Part shown: piece by piece, positions 26,325 to 39,499 of the stretch | Position numbering within the stretch: position 1 is the first letter of the stretch | Layout: each line of letters opens with the position of its first letter | Assembly (NCBI RefSeq): GCF_035594765.1 | Contig: NC_085845.1 | Span: forward strand, 158,240,897-158,304,896 | Source of the DNA: Anolis carolinensis | Taxonomy: Eukaryota | Reading direction: 5' to 3' | DNA length: 64,000 nucleotides | Program-made: the position numbers and the translations under genes | Notes under the pieces: generated by a model | What the model was told of the DNA's origin: nothing | Seen by the model: the letters and a program-made list of their open reading frames with translations, nothing else | Databases searched by the model: none

Positions 26325-27852
26325 AAAACAGCACTGAATTTCTTTTATTGACAACAGGGGAGAAAATCTGTCACTGTTTGGTTAACTGAAGTCTGCTTTT
26401 AAATAAAAAATACGCAGTAAAAACAAATGTACGTGCAGATGTTCAGATCAGCCTGCTGAAAGGAATAACCAAAAGACAGGCGTTAAGCTAAATCAGGCAG
26501 CAGGAGTTTAGCAAATAGATAAATGACATAGTTAACTAGGTCTTACTTTGGAACTTCCCATATAAACAAAGAATAAACACCAATAACACCACCAAAGAAA
26601 ACCACATCAGATAATAAGTTTCTCCTCTAAACTTTTATACATTATACATTAACCGTTCTGTCTTTCAGTTATTTCCTCTGTAAAGTTTGACTTCAGAGAA
26701 GTCTCAGCAAGGCCATTAGATAAAATCATAACATTAGACAAGCAACTGCCTAATATGCCTATTACAAGGAAGAAATGGAGGGCATATTTTTAAATAACGG
26801 AACAGCTGAAGATCAGATTTATTTTCCCTTGATGTTTTTGTTTCATGCCAGTGCTGGCTAGCCTGTGAAGGATTTGGAAGGAAAAAAGGTGATTTATAGC
26901 AAAGCTAAATTGCTTCTTGATCCACAAGTAGCCAATGGCAAGAATGTCTCTTGTTAATTCCCTGTCATAGTATTGGACTTTGCAAACAGTTTTTCTTCAT
27001 CTTGAGTTTAAAAAGAAGAGCCGTCACAGTGCTTTTCTACAGGTAAATGGAACAATTTTGTTTGTCCTTTATAGGTCCAGGTTTTTTTGGCTCAAGTTCC
27101 ATGTTTTGATCTTTCTGTTAGAAATCATCAGAGGCAGGTGTTAAGCTTCAAATATTGACAGATTCATTAAAAAGTAGGAAGGTGTTGAAGCATCAAATAA
27201 CTTTGCTAAAGATATCGAATGTACTTTGCTACAATTCAAAACTGTAAAAATGGTGGAATGGAAAGATACAAACAGCATTGTTTGACACTGTCTTGTCAAG
27301 TTTTTGCACTAGGACCCCATGTACTATAGATTTAATTTTTAAAAAAATCATATTTATATCCATTTACATGAGACTTACACATATTAAAAGAAATTCATAC
27401 ACAGTAAATACATAAATTCTAGTATATTACAATGAAACAGATGAGACAAGTTTAAAATGAGTTCCTCTTTTTGGTAAAAGTGAGATTTATGCACTTTGGC
27501 CAAATTTAAAATAAAACATTGGGGTTTATTTTTTAAAACTAATCAGTAGCTATTGTTTTATTGAACTATCCAGTGGGTGCATTCTGTCCAGTACTGTCAC
27601 TACAAATTCTGTCGTTTCAGTGGGGTTTGTATCCAAAACCTACATAAGCCCCATGGAAACAAATATGAGCTGTGTGACTATAATACTTGACAGATTGCAT
27701 GTTATAACTTAATATGTAACAAGATCACCACACATTTTAATCTGATAAACATCTATGTTTTCTTCCCTATTACCCTGTTCTTGGAATAAAAAGCTTCTTT
27801 TCTTAAGATGGTGGTAGTGCACTTCAGGTAAAGTAGAAGAAAAAGGTGGCAT
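26325..27852 (-). other. PPFIA2: PPFIA2 terminal non-coding exon (3'UTR); distal end approximate
   Basis: Strong acceptor on the minus strand (actattttcctccctctctag|ATGCCACC) downstream of the stop-containing exon, which ends in a GTAAGT donor. AT-rich sequence with no recognised TE. The start resembles the mammalian PPFIA2 3'UTR as I recall it (not verified). Confidence 0.7.
26344..26349 (-). terminator. Candidate PPFIA2 polyadenylation signal AATAAA
   Basis: Minus strand reads AATAAAagaaattcagtgctgttttatgtgttc, i.e. a GU/U-rich element downstream. A further AATAAA lies at 26159-26164. Confidence 0.5.
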
Positions 27853-28727
27853 CTAGAGAGGGAGGAAAATAGTACAGTCAGTTAATAAATCTCTTGGCAG
27901 TATTCAATTATATACAATTATTTATTCCTAAGACTAATAATTATGTCAGACTGAAAAAAAGTGGAACCATTAAGAGAAGAGGACTGGTGACCAATGGAAA
28001 CATGGGCCAGAAAAGATGCACTCTGTTTTATCTTGAGACTTAGAATTGTTGTTGATGATGATGATGCTATGGAACATTAAAAATGTATGGAGCAGAATCC
28101 CGTATGGCAATTATGAATGTGTAACCCTAAGGGTTACAGAGGAACAACTCCACATACCAGGAAGCAGCTGCTACAGTCGACACAGAGCCTATTTCCCTGT
28201 TGATTGGGAAGCGGCTGGCTGCCGTCTCAGCCTCCCCCTCTCCCCAAACACACAAGTGATCTCCAGTACAAGGGGGGGATTGTAACAAGGACCCTGTTTC
28301 TGTCTCTTGCAATGGTTGCTCACAGGAAGCCAGCCATTTCTCAAGCAACAAAGGAACAGGTTCCTGTTGATTGCAGTAGCTGCTGCCTAGTAAGTGGGGA
28401 TTTGGTGGGAGGGGGTAAGTGGCACCCTAATGCTGGTGCTTACACATACAAAAAGTCCATATAGGATTCTGGCTATAAGAACAACCCCCTAAGCGATCTC
28501 TGCCAGCTTATATCATATAGATCTTTTTACCATTCAGAGCAGTAGTATACATATTAGGAAATATATATAATGTTATTTAGCTATCAGATAAAGACATTCT
28601 GAAAACTAGCCTTCATATAACACCTAAAGCAAAGGTGTTACTGGATTCAGGGTACAGTCCTGTATATACTCACTGGGAATGTGGCCTATTGTGTAGAATC
28701 TCAATTGAAAGAATGTAAAATGAGACA

Positions 28728-29010
28728 CAGGTTGAATATCACTTATCCAGAATTCCGAAATCCTCCAAAATAATCCACATTGGTGGTTAGATAGAAACAA
28801 CGTTTGTTTTCTGTGTAGGTGTACTTGGTTTTGCGTGTAAAATTCTTAAAGATATTGTGTATACAATTGCTTTCTGGTTATTTTTATAAGGTGTCCATGA
28901 AACAGAAATTAATTTCATGTTTAGACTTGGGTCCCATATGCAAATACGGTAATTCCAAAATCAAAACACTTCTGACCTTAAGCACTTTAGAAAAGGGATA
29001 CTCAGCTTGC
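28728..29010. mobile_element. Degenerate Tigger/Mariner-like MITE
   Basis: Imperfect TIRs caggttgaatatcacttatcc / aagggatactcagcttg. Confidence 0.6.
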
Positions 29011-31355
29011 ATCTAGTAGGGTTGTTAATTAAGAGCTTTGGCTAATTAGTGTAAGGTTTGGGGCACAGTCCAACATTTAGCAGGTGGTGTAACACTGTGT
29101 CTGTGAGGATATCTCTCCTTCCCTGGCTGGCTGCTTTTAAGTGGAAATTGTCACATGTTTAAAAAAAACAACATTTGATGGCGGTAGTATTGGGTTGCAA
29201 ATTACTGTTTTTGCCACTGTACTGAACGCATGGGGCCACCCATAGATCTACTCTCCTCTCATTTACAACTTGAGTTGTTCTAATTCTGGCAAATTGGTGT
29301 CCTGGTTGTCAGCCCACCTGCCCCCAGGTTGCCTTTAATACATTATTGTGGCCTACAGATTGCAGTTAGAATGTTCTATTTTTGTTTTCAGACTCCAATG
29401 CAATCACTGAGCCTATGTAATAACAGCAGATTAGGTAATCCATAGGTTTGATGCCTACAGACTTGGCCTCTTTTCCTTTCTGAACCTTTAAATCCTCTAG
29501 AGGCATACATCCTTGCACCCTTTTTGTGTTAAGCAACTGCCTGTGTAGCTCTGTTTGCATGACATTCTAACCCACTGTATTGTCTTTCTGATTTTGTTTG
29601 GTATTTCTGGAGGAAAGAAAAGCAGTGATTTTAATTAGTTTGAAATTGACGCCAAACTACACATGACATTAGTGACCTGTTTAAACAAATGCCTTTAATC
29701 TGCCCCCTCTTGGTTTGGAGGAAAAGCAGACATACCAGTTTCCAGTGAAATTCCTCCCATTTCTCCTAACAGCATTGGTCCCTTGAAGTACTACTGCCTG
29801 CAATGTTCCTAGGGAAAATGTGAGCTAGGCAGGAGGCAGTCTTCATGCAAAAACTAGAATAAGAATGATTTCAGTAAGAGTATGTTCTTGATTGTTGTTG
29901 TTTTCCTTATACTTACAGTAGTCAGGTTGAACTACCATTAGCTTAATATTGAAGCAAGTTTTTTTTGGGGGGGGGTTAAAACCTATTTGACAGACACAAT
30001 CTGCAATCCAGATGTGCTCTGGGAAGAGAAGACATGCCAGCTGTTGCCTAAAAGGGAAGGCAGGTGCTTAAAACAGCAAGAAGATAGGTCTCATTGGGAA
30101 GAAATCACAGTACAAAACAAAACCGCTATGAATCCTGTGTTCTCAGAAATTGGATGGACAAAAGCAATCACTCTAACAAATGAAAACTCAGGCATTTGGA
30201 GGAAGAAAGGAAATTAGTTTAGAGGGGATGCATCACAGAGGCAGGACCAAATCCATAACTATTTAAACTGCAAAAGAAAATTCTCCATTGCCCTTTAAAG
30301 ATGCTATAAGAAGCTGTGATAGCATCTTTAACTCCTTTAGGAAAACTCAGGACATGTAAAATATCTGCTTTTCGGATTATTTGTTAACATGAAATCCTGA
30401 TCAGAGGTAGCCAAGTTCATGTTACTCTCTGCTTAAATTAACAGTTGAAGTTGCTGGAATGAAATGGAATAATTAGCACCATTTGAATTGCTATGCTCAA
30501 ATGTTAATGTGATTCCAGAATGCCAGCAATACTGTGTGAATAGACAGGTTTTAACATTTACTGTCTCCAGCCAGCTCCCACTATACATTATAAAGTTCAG
30601 ATCTGTAACACATTCCACAAATCAGTTGTGCTAGACCTGGTCATAGAGGTGGCAAATCTGTGGGTGCAGCTGTACTGCTTCAGACTGCAGATACGGGCTC
30701 ACGTTAGTAAATGTTACATTGTCAATTTAGAAAGTCTAAGAAGCTGCAGGTTGAGTCAAAATTCTCAGGGGGCTGAAGATTCCCCAGTTGTTGTTAGTTT
30801 CCATGCAAAATTGTTCCTCTTCCTTTACAGAAACTTGATGAATAGTAGAACATCCTTAAAACATTGAAGCATTACAGACATTTAACCTTTGGTAAACCCG
30901 TAGAAATTGAAGCAGTTCATTTTTCATGCATGTTGCAAGTAGTTGCATGGAATTCAGTTATGGATTTTCAGCTATGGGTTTTGCAGGCTTTTGCATAAGC
31001 TAAAATGTGCCATTTCTCCATACCCATTTCATATTGATTCTATCAGCTCCTGGAATAAGTTTTCAAATATTCCCAAATTGGAATTGATCTCCTGGTCTCA
31101 AAAATTTCCCATTCTAATCATGCTATACATGCGTATGGAGACATATTTGCATTTGGAAGTGGTGTAGACCACAGGACTTTATCACCACAAGAAGAATTAG
31201 TTTTAAAAATCAGAAGGTTCCCAGCCTTTCAGCAGAATCTGTCACTACCAGATGTACATTAGATGTTCATTTTCATAAGTAATATAGCCTCCCAATTTTT
31301 ATGTTTGAATACTTACATTAGTTCAGCTCAGAGCTCTTTTTCCATGCTAGTCTTG

Positions 31356-31414
31356 TCAGCATGAATATGTGCGAACTGTAGAACTGTCTAACCTCTGCAA
31401 CCGTGCCGAAGCAA
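31356..31414 (-). CDS. PPFIA2: PPFIA2 last coding segment (V)ASARLQRLDSSTVRTYSC*; exon continues as UTR to 31317
   Basis: tttcag acceptor, liprin-alpha C-terminal PDZ ligand VRTYSC, TGA at 31358-31356, donor GTAAGT at 31316-31311. Confidence 0.96.
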
Positions 31415-31635
31415 CTGAAATTACACACCAAAACTTCAGTAAATATCTTGCAACCTGGACTCGGAGAAGCCTCCTTAATTAACTCCCCAATATAGGTTTT
31501 CTGATAAAATGTGTAGCTTACTGAGAGATTTTAATACCTAAGCGTATTTAATGCTAATTACCTGCCCCTCTTTAATATACAAATATGCTAAAATACTAAT
31601 ACATATTATTCAATCTTAAATATGAACCAACGGGT

Positions 31636-31860
31636 AACCAACGGTGTGGTGTATTGAAATATCACACCGGAGACAGGGGTACAAATCTCCACTCAGCCAC
31701 AGAAACCCATTGGGTGATGTTTGACAAGTCATATTCTCATCCTTAAAAGAAGGCAAAGGCAAAATCGTCTCTGAACAAATCTTGCCAAGAAAACCCCAAG
31801 ATAGTTGTGCATTTGGGTCACTAAAGGTTAAAAACAACTTGAAGGCATGTGATCCAACAA
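31636..31860 (+). mobile_element. tRNA-derived SINE, degenerate
   Basis: ggagacagggg...ccactcagccacagaaacccattgggtga...ctgaacaaatcttgccaagaaaacccc...acttgaaggca; same family as 10253-10478. Confidence 0.72.
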
Positions 31861-34390
31861 GCATTGGTTTTTTTTTTCTCAGCTCTCCACCCTGAGTCAA
31901 ACAATATACAATGTTTAGTTAGAGATGGTGGCAGTAGTCCTGTTCTTTTGGATGTCAACACAAATGCCCAGGATTCAAAAGGGTCTATGGACACATGCCC
32001 CAGATAAAGTCTGGAACAAAACTATTCAGGCATGTTCAACATATGGCTGGGTGGCTGTTAGACTGTTATAGCCACCCACAGATATCTAGTGGGGCTGAAG
32101 GTAGGGACATGTTTGTTTAAATTATTCATTCACACAAAGGGTTATCCTCCTCCTCCCCCATCCCATTGGCACACCATGTAATGTTTGATGGGAGGAGGGG
32201 CAAGCCAGTAAGGCACACTTTTGGATCTTTGAGAGGTCTGTGCAAGGGTCCCATAGGATGTAATTGCAGTGTGTGCGCTGCTATGGCTGGTGCTTCTCCT
32301 TGTCTGCCTGCACTCTTCTGCAATCCACTATATGGCTGAGCCAGGGGGTTGAGAGAAGGGTGAGTCTGGACTTCATATGTTGGGAATTCAGTTCTCTAGT
32401 CTAGTTGGAAGATTGAGAAAAAATGAAATGAGTTTGAGGAAGATTCTCCTCACCAGGGTTTTCGGACACTCAAGAATCTCCTCTCATTTCTTTTTCCTGA
32501 GTTGTTGAATATTTTCCATCGCTACTTGAAGGTAGGGCAGGCATATTACTTTGATGGGGAAGGAGGGTGTTCTCTGGTTCCCAAACATGGTACTGGCGTG
32601 TGAAGCCAAAGCTTTTCAATATCTGATGTTGTGGTACACTTCTGGAAAGGGTGGTGTGTATCTCCTATAGCCCAATTCATTGATTTTTTTTTTTTAGAAT
32701 GCATGTATTAACCACAACAACTAAAAACATAGTAAACCCAAAACAAAGTGGTGTTTTTGTGACACGTAATGCATAGATACATATAAATGTATAAATAGAG
32801 GGAAGCTCTGCACTTAATGGACTAAACACACCTATTCCAGTGTTTTATACAAAATCTAAACAAAGGATATTCTGTTCAAAATATCTTTTAAAACATTGTG
32901 CATAGGAATATGTGAGCTATGGGGGTGGGGGAGGCAGATATAGTAATTGTGCTTGACATATACTCTTGGCTGATCCAATTTAGACTCAGATGGACAAACT
33001 TAGAATGAATTTGGTCTTGATGTGGATAAGCCCCAATTAGCTCATTTCAGGGAGAGTCTTACTCAAATTCCAAGAGTAATTGGTCTCTTTCACAATATAA
33101 TGAGGGGCTGAATTCTCTTCCTAACTTTGGTGACCTCCACCATTGCTTTCTTTTCTCAAAATGTAAAGTCACAACATAAAGACGGTTGTTGTGGTTTTCA
33201 TTAAGTTGAGAGCTTTGGAGTATGGTTTGATTTACCCTCTCTGAGCTGTTTTAGGCCAGGGAGAGTGTTTTTTTCTGGCTCCCTTTTGAAAAAGAGTCTT
33301 TCCTGGGCATAAAATGGCTCAGAAAGAGCCCCAAAATGGTGAAATTGCTCTATGGGGCAAGAAGACAATGGTAAAAATATTCAAAATCATTACTGGAAGA
33401 GTATGGTAGTGTATGACCCTCCAAGGTCTCCTGGAGGCCCAATGAGACTCCAAGCCCTTCAAAAGTTGCCTACCATTGTTCTTGAGAACTGTAGTACTCT
33501 CATGCTCTAGAAAGGCAGTATTGGCACTCATTTTTTATGTATGTGTATATTGATATTGTTCCTACCAGGTACATTTAAGCTGATATGATGCCTTCAGCTG
33601 ATTATGAACTGCATGAAAATCTTAGAGTTCTTTGGATGTTATTCAAAATTAGTTCAGAATTTCTAAAAGGGGATATTCATACTATCAGCTTCCTAGGTTT
33701 TTTCTAGCTTTGTCTTTTGGTCACTTTAATTCAAGATTAGTGAACAGCTAAGGGGAAATTCACTTCTACGTTATTCTGTTACCTTCTTCATTTCATATGG
33801 ATGTGCTTTTATTGTTCCTACATATTATAGCTTGAAACATTCCAATAGCAAGACACAAAAAGCAAATAACATCTGACATATGGAAGGTTCCAGACTTAAC
33901 AGTGCATCTAAACTGGAATTAATGTAGTTTGACACCATTTTAACTGCCATGACTCAATGATGGGAAATCATGGTAGTTGTAGTTTTATAAAGTCTTCAGC
34001 TTTCTCTGCCAGAGTGTTGTTAACCAGCCTATCACTCCCTTGGTACCATAACATTGAGCTACAATTTTACAGTGTAAATGCAACGTTAGTCTGGCAGCAT
34101 CTTCAAGTTTTCATCACAGTTGTCAGTGCTGAACAGGTATTATAAAAGATGGAAGGTTTAATACTTTGAAAATACTCTTCTGTATTTTCCCCAGCCCCCA
34201 AAAAGATCATCTGCTGTCTGTACCTATTACGATTTCATTTAATGTGCTTTCTTCCAGATATTAACTTCCAGTGTGCAAATATTTTTACATGAAATTAAAC
34301 CAGAAACTAAGCTGGATTTGCAATAGAAAACTGAAATGTTATCTTGTACCGAGCAATAGAACTTTTGTTTTCAAAGGGTTAATGTCATAC

Positions 34391-34550
34391 CATCAGTTGC
34401 CATTTTCCGTGACTGTCCTGATGTTGTAGTTAACCTGAATCCAGCTGGCAGTGTTTCTGAAGAGCCAGGCATCATGCTGATCCCATGGACTTCACGTGGA
34501 GGAAATTGTCTTCGCCAGGAAGAACCGCGCCTATAATTCTTGTCATCACT
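34391..34550 (-). CDS. PPFIA2: PPFIA2 coding exon, 160 bp: SDDKNYRRGSSWRRQFPPREVHGISMMPGSSETLPAGFRLTTTSGQSRKMATD
   Basis: caacag / gtatg boundaries; liprin-alpha2 C-terminal sequence. Confidence 0.96.
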
Positions 34551-35342
34551 CTGTTGATGCACAAGTGTTTGAATTTTACTAAAACAGACAGCTGTTACAA
34601 ACTCTAACCAGGCCACCAAAGTAGGCAAATGCTGCCTGGAATGTTGTGGGGGGATCTACATTCGCCTGTTCCTAATCTAGATCATCATTATATTCGCCTT
34701 TATTATTATCTGCTGAATTTCAGGAATAGCAAAGTTGGGAGATTATTCTTTATGTATATATTTAAAAACACTGTTTTGCTTATCACTAATTCAAAATTCT
34801 TATTTCTAGTACTGCTTGCGTGTTATCATTTTCATATATGTATATATGGATGGTTATATGTTGGCCACCTAGAGCTGCTGAACAGTTTAACAGTTTCACA
34901 GTCCTCTACGCAATGTCACCACTGTTGTTACTAACAAAAGGCTCTAGAGTGTATACAGATTAGCACAAGCAGTTCATTAACATTCATTTATCGTAAGTTT
35001 TCCTACATCTGTTCTGAATCAGTTTTGATATATTCTATTCTACAGTAAAGCTGGGACTACCATAATGGTTAATTCCATCCCATATATCCCTAGTTTGATG
35101 AAACATTTATAGTTAATGCTGATAGTATGGCATTGTAGTGAATAAATTATGGATATATTGGGGAAAAAGATCTGCAGTCCCATGTGAGGACATATAACTG
35201 TGTTGGAAGCTCATGTTTACTAAATGATAGCATTTTAAGACTTTTTCCATACTTCACATCTTTTCTAATGCAAATTGTTAATAGTAAGCAATTATTGTTA
35301 TTTGCTGTTCAGACTCTGGTATGTATGAGTAATGCCACTTAC

Positions 35343-35411
35343 TTCATCAAGTCGCCTATCTGTTCCTAGTGCCAACAGATTGTTGTATTCTCTTTCGAGG
35401 ATCTGTCGTGC
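35343..35411 (-). CDS. PPFIA2: PPFIA2 coding exon, 69 bp: ARQILEREYNNLLALGTDRRLDE
   Basis: ttag / gtaagt boundaries; end of SAM3. Confidence 0.96.
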
Positions 35412-35507
35412 CTAATGTTAACCAAATCAAACAATAGAAGTAAATAAATGAATAAAACAGACAAATATCTTTAGGGATTAATTATAACAACTTGTTCATC
35501 TGCCTAC

Positions 35508-35683
35508 CTGTGTATTCTGTGTTGGAATCTGCAATAATAAAGCTAAACTGCTGTAATCAAAGTTATCATCAAGTCCTATGAGTGATCCGTGAACACCACT
35601 TTCTAGGATATTGTTTGCATATTCTCGTAGCCCAATTGCTTGTATCCAGCGTATCACCCTGTCATTACTCCACACCAGCACAT
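35508..35683 (-). CDS. PPFIA2: PPFIA2 coding exon, 176 bp, SAM3: (D)[24 protein letters not shown]...QIPTQNTQ
   Basis: ttgcag / gtagg boundaries. Confidence 0.97.
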
Positions 35684-36149
35684 CTGCAAGAAGGAAGGCG
35701 AGAAACATTTCCTTAATGACTGAACTTCCAGAAGTGTGGGGTTGTAGGGAGATCTAGGAGAATAACCAGTTCTGTATCACTTATAGAAACATCATTGTAT
35801 TATACAAGAAAAGGGAGGTTCTATGTGCAGGAAACATTTACTGCTTATGTAATTAACTCACACCTTTCCGTGTGGGCCCCTACAATTGCAGTGAGGGGAA
35901 TGCAGTGACACTTAAACATTACAATCTATACTCTGCTTTGCATGTGATCCCCTTTCTCAGGATAGTCTACTCTCTTGACACTGTCCATGTCATTTTACCC
36001 TTCTATTTAATCCACAAAATAGCCACATAACTAGTGGGAATTATGGGGAAACTATACTAACTATCCTACTGGATTGATTTGTTCAGTTTCAGAGTATAAA
36101 TTAATTTTATACACTCTAATAATGCACCTAGAGAACCCTTTGCTGGTGT

Positions 36150-36910
36150 GCTATAAAAACGGAAGGGCCTTAATTTCCAAAGACTCAAGGGATCTGGACC
36201 AAACTTGGCACACATACCCTTCATTATCCAAATTAAAAGAATTGAGGGATCTGAACCAAAAAAAACAAAAAAACCAACCCTTTTGGGCCCAGAGCTGAGG
36301 AAAAGAACAGGGACAAAATGAATTGGCTGTTGCTAGGTGAAGTGGCCCTCTGTGATGTGACTGACAAAGAAAGAGTGAAGCAACTTGGCTGTTCCTAGGT
36401 GATATGTGTATAAGGTGAAGAGAGGGAGGAAGAAAAAATACATAAAAAGAAGGAAAGGAAAAGAAAAAATAGAAAGGAAAGGGGGAAAGGTATTCGGGCA
36501 TAGGAAATAAAGCAAGAGGAGAGGAGAGAAAAGGAAAAGGGAGAGAAAAACGAAAGAAGAGAAAGAAAATGTGAAAAGGTATGGGAAGGGANNNNNNNNN
36601 NNNNNNNNNNNNNNNNNNNNNNNNNNNNNNNNNNNNNNNNNNNNNNNNNNNNNNNNNNNNNNNNNNNNNNNNNNNNNNNNNNNNNNNNNNNNNNNNNNNN
36701 NNNNNNNNNNNNNNNNNNNNNNNNNNNNNNNNNNNNNNNNNNNNNNNNNNNNNNNAAGCAGGAAAGAAGGGGGGAAAGCCACAAAGAGAGTGTGCCCAGA
36801 AGGTTGCCATGAAGACATTGTGAGACAGACCTTCTCAGAGCTGGAGAAGAGAGAAAGCAGGTGGGCAGTCCCCCTCCTGCACTCAGGTAATGTCCTTATA
36901 CATGCTACTC
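36150..36910 (+). mobile_element. Helitron-like non-autonomous element with GA-rich core (copy 1, spans a gap)
   Basis: Shares gatctggaccaaacttggcacacatacccttcattatccaa and the 3' gttgccatga.gacattgtgag...gaccttctca segment with 41225-41964. Confidence 0.65.
36592..36755. other. Assembly gap (164 N)
   Basis: Run of N inside GA-rich low-complexity sequence. Confidence 1.
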
Positions 36911-37246
36911 TAATTATACTAAGAGAAGCATATATTGTACATCGACATCTCTGCAGCTCACACAAATGGGTTTTCTGTCCCGTTGCAGTGCATCATTCAG
37001 AACCTTAATCTAGAGCCGTAACAGAAGCATTTTGCAAGTAGCCTCCCTCCTTCCCACATGCCATACCAACATGTGTATGGCCTAAACTCTGTTACATTTT
37101 GTCCGCCCTGGTAATTGGCCATAGGTCAGCAAGATGATATGTCTCAGGCAATATGTTAAACAAATGCAAATGAGTTATTAACAGGTGCAGTGAATCAACA
37201 AATCAAAAATCTCAACCAAAAACATATAAACAGGGAAGGAGAAAAG

Positions 37247-37882
37247 TAATAATAATAATACACCGTTATTTATATACCGCTCCATGTCCTTGAGAGGACT
37301 CGGGGCAGTTTCCAACATGTGTGCAAAAAACAGTCAATAGTCAAGACATTATACAGCAGCATGAACATAACAAACATAATAAAAACATCATCATAAGACA
37401 ACAGTAAAAAAAAAAGTTCAGTTAAAATGGACACAGTTACAGTTCCAATCAGTATATTCCATCAAGGAGTCAAATCCCAGTAATCGGGACTGTGAGGTAG
37501 ACATAGTCAATTATAAGGAATAGATAAAGACTTGTACATCAGCGTATCATAGGGCCTGGGGTTGAATAGTGTGCAGAGTAGGGTCAGCATGTTAAACAAA
37601 CGAACTAATCTTGCTTGAAGCCCTGCAGGAACCACCAGGTTTTCGGTTCATTGCGGAACAAGGGCAATGTAGGGGCTTGCCTGATCCCTCTGGGGAGGGC
37701 GTTCCAAAGCTGGGGAGCCACCACCGAGAAGACCCGTTCCCTCATCCCCACCAGTAGCGCTTGGCATGGCAGTGAGAGCAAGAGGAGGGCCTCCCCGGCA
37801 GGTCTTAAGGCCTGTGCCGGTTCATTGGGGAAGATGCGATCACGGAGATAGGCAAGGCCCGAGCTGTATAGGGCTTTGTAGG
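37247..37882 (-). mobile_element. L2-clade LINE 3' end
   Basis: Reverse complement resembles 1191-1795 (YKAL...RVFSVVAPQLWNALP) and has a (TTA)n tail. Confidence 0.85.
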
Positions 37883-38158
37883 AGAAATCTTATGTTTTAT
37901 TGATACACTCTGGTATTGTTTGCACTGAAAATACCTTTTGTTTGACTCCTGAGGCTTAGGGAGAGAGTTTTGGCCATTGCAGAGGCCTTCCAGAAATCAT
38001 CCACCTAATATAATTTGTTTTTGCAATCTCATTTGGAATTATATCTGAGAAAATTTGTATGCCATACTCAGGTGTTGAACCTACAAGGATGCTGAATCCA
38101 ACAGAGGGAAATTTCAAAAGATAAGTAACAGAAGACAATTCTGTTAGTAATGTCTTAC

Positions 38159-38256
38159 CTTTTATTTCATGTTGACTTACTTCTCTTCTCCTTTCAAGTT
38201 CTTTTCTGTCATAATTCAGCTTTTTTAAACACATGATTCCATACTGTAGACTTGTT
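38159..38256 (-). CDS. PPFIA2: PPFIA2 coding exon, 98 bp: (R)[32 protein letters not shown]
   Basis: aacag / gtaag boundaries, phases consistent. Confidence 0.97.
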
Positions 38257-38514
38257 CTGTTATTTAAGAAAAATAAAACGTTACTCAGCAGGTAAAAATA
38301 ACCCAATTTTGAAAATATGAAAAGTTTTGCCTAACATGTTTCATAAAGATCGAATACTTTGTATCTTGGTGTCGACAAGACACACAAAAAAAAGAACGAA
38401 CAAGTGCATGTATGTACACATGCACATCACTAGAAAACAGTATTTCGATTTTAACATTTGGCTTCACAATTTTAGCATTCTGTCTTACGCTATAAATATA
38501 CTATGCTAACATAC

Positions 38515-38690
38515 CGATGAAAGCTATCCACCATTTTTAAGTGAACACGGAGATCTTTTTTCGTCAAGTGGTCTAACATCCTCGCGTCTACCAAGCACTC
38601 CATAAAGTAACTTCTATATTGTGGTAATCCCAGGCTGGGAAGCCATTCATTACCAATCCATTCATGGTTCATGTCACCATAAGCCAGGGT
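38515..38690 (-). CDS. PPFIA2: PPFIA2 coding exon, 176 bp, SAM2: [58 protein letters not shown]
   Basis: aaatag / gtatg boundaries; liprin-alpha SAM2 signature. Confidence 0.97.
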
Positions 38691-39499
38691 CTATTTGAGG
38701 AGATAAAAGGAAAATATAACTGCTGGCATCAAATATAACAATAAAAACAAACTTGGTTCTTTTAATCTTTACGATCCCTCAGTTATATTTTATAATATCC
38801 TTTATGTAATGTCAACAAAGGCAACAGTTCCAATCAATAGGGAATGTCTTATTTAACAAATGACAAGAAACGGATGATTGCACAAGGGCTGCACGTTCAT
38901 TAGCATAAGTAGAATCGAAATATCAGATTTAGTACTTACATAAGAATAAAATCCAGTTTTTAAAGGTGATAGAAGTCTTGTGTTAAAGGATGACAGGCTA
39001 GATATAGCCCAGTAGTTTTACCTTTGCCAAATAAATTATTTAGACAGTGATGCAATACTATTCTTTAATATTGTGTAGCTGCCATGCAAAAGATATTTAT
39101 AGTTGGCATCTCTGTAGTCAATTTTGGAGACTGGCTTTCAGATATATAATAATACAGGCATGTTGAATATTTTAATTACAGATTAGAGTCAAACCCAGAT
39201 AAAAGCAAAAGGCACAGTAAAAGCTGAAGTGTGTGTATGTCCCTTGGGTTTCTACATGAAGTTATGAGCTATGTTTAGCTGCCCAGTCTCTCTGCTTGAA
39301 ACTAGATAGTACTTAAAATGACTATTCCTGCTACACCAAGCCCTCACATTCCAATTATTGGCATAATGTAATGGTATTCCATCATCTAGCACTATTAATA
39401 AGTAAAGTCAATCTGGTGAATTTAATTCTATATTAACTGCCACTTGGTAGGGGACAAATATCCAACCACATTCTCCAAAAGTAAATGGAGTCATATCAC

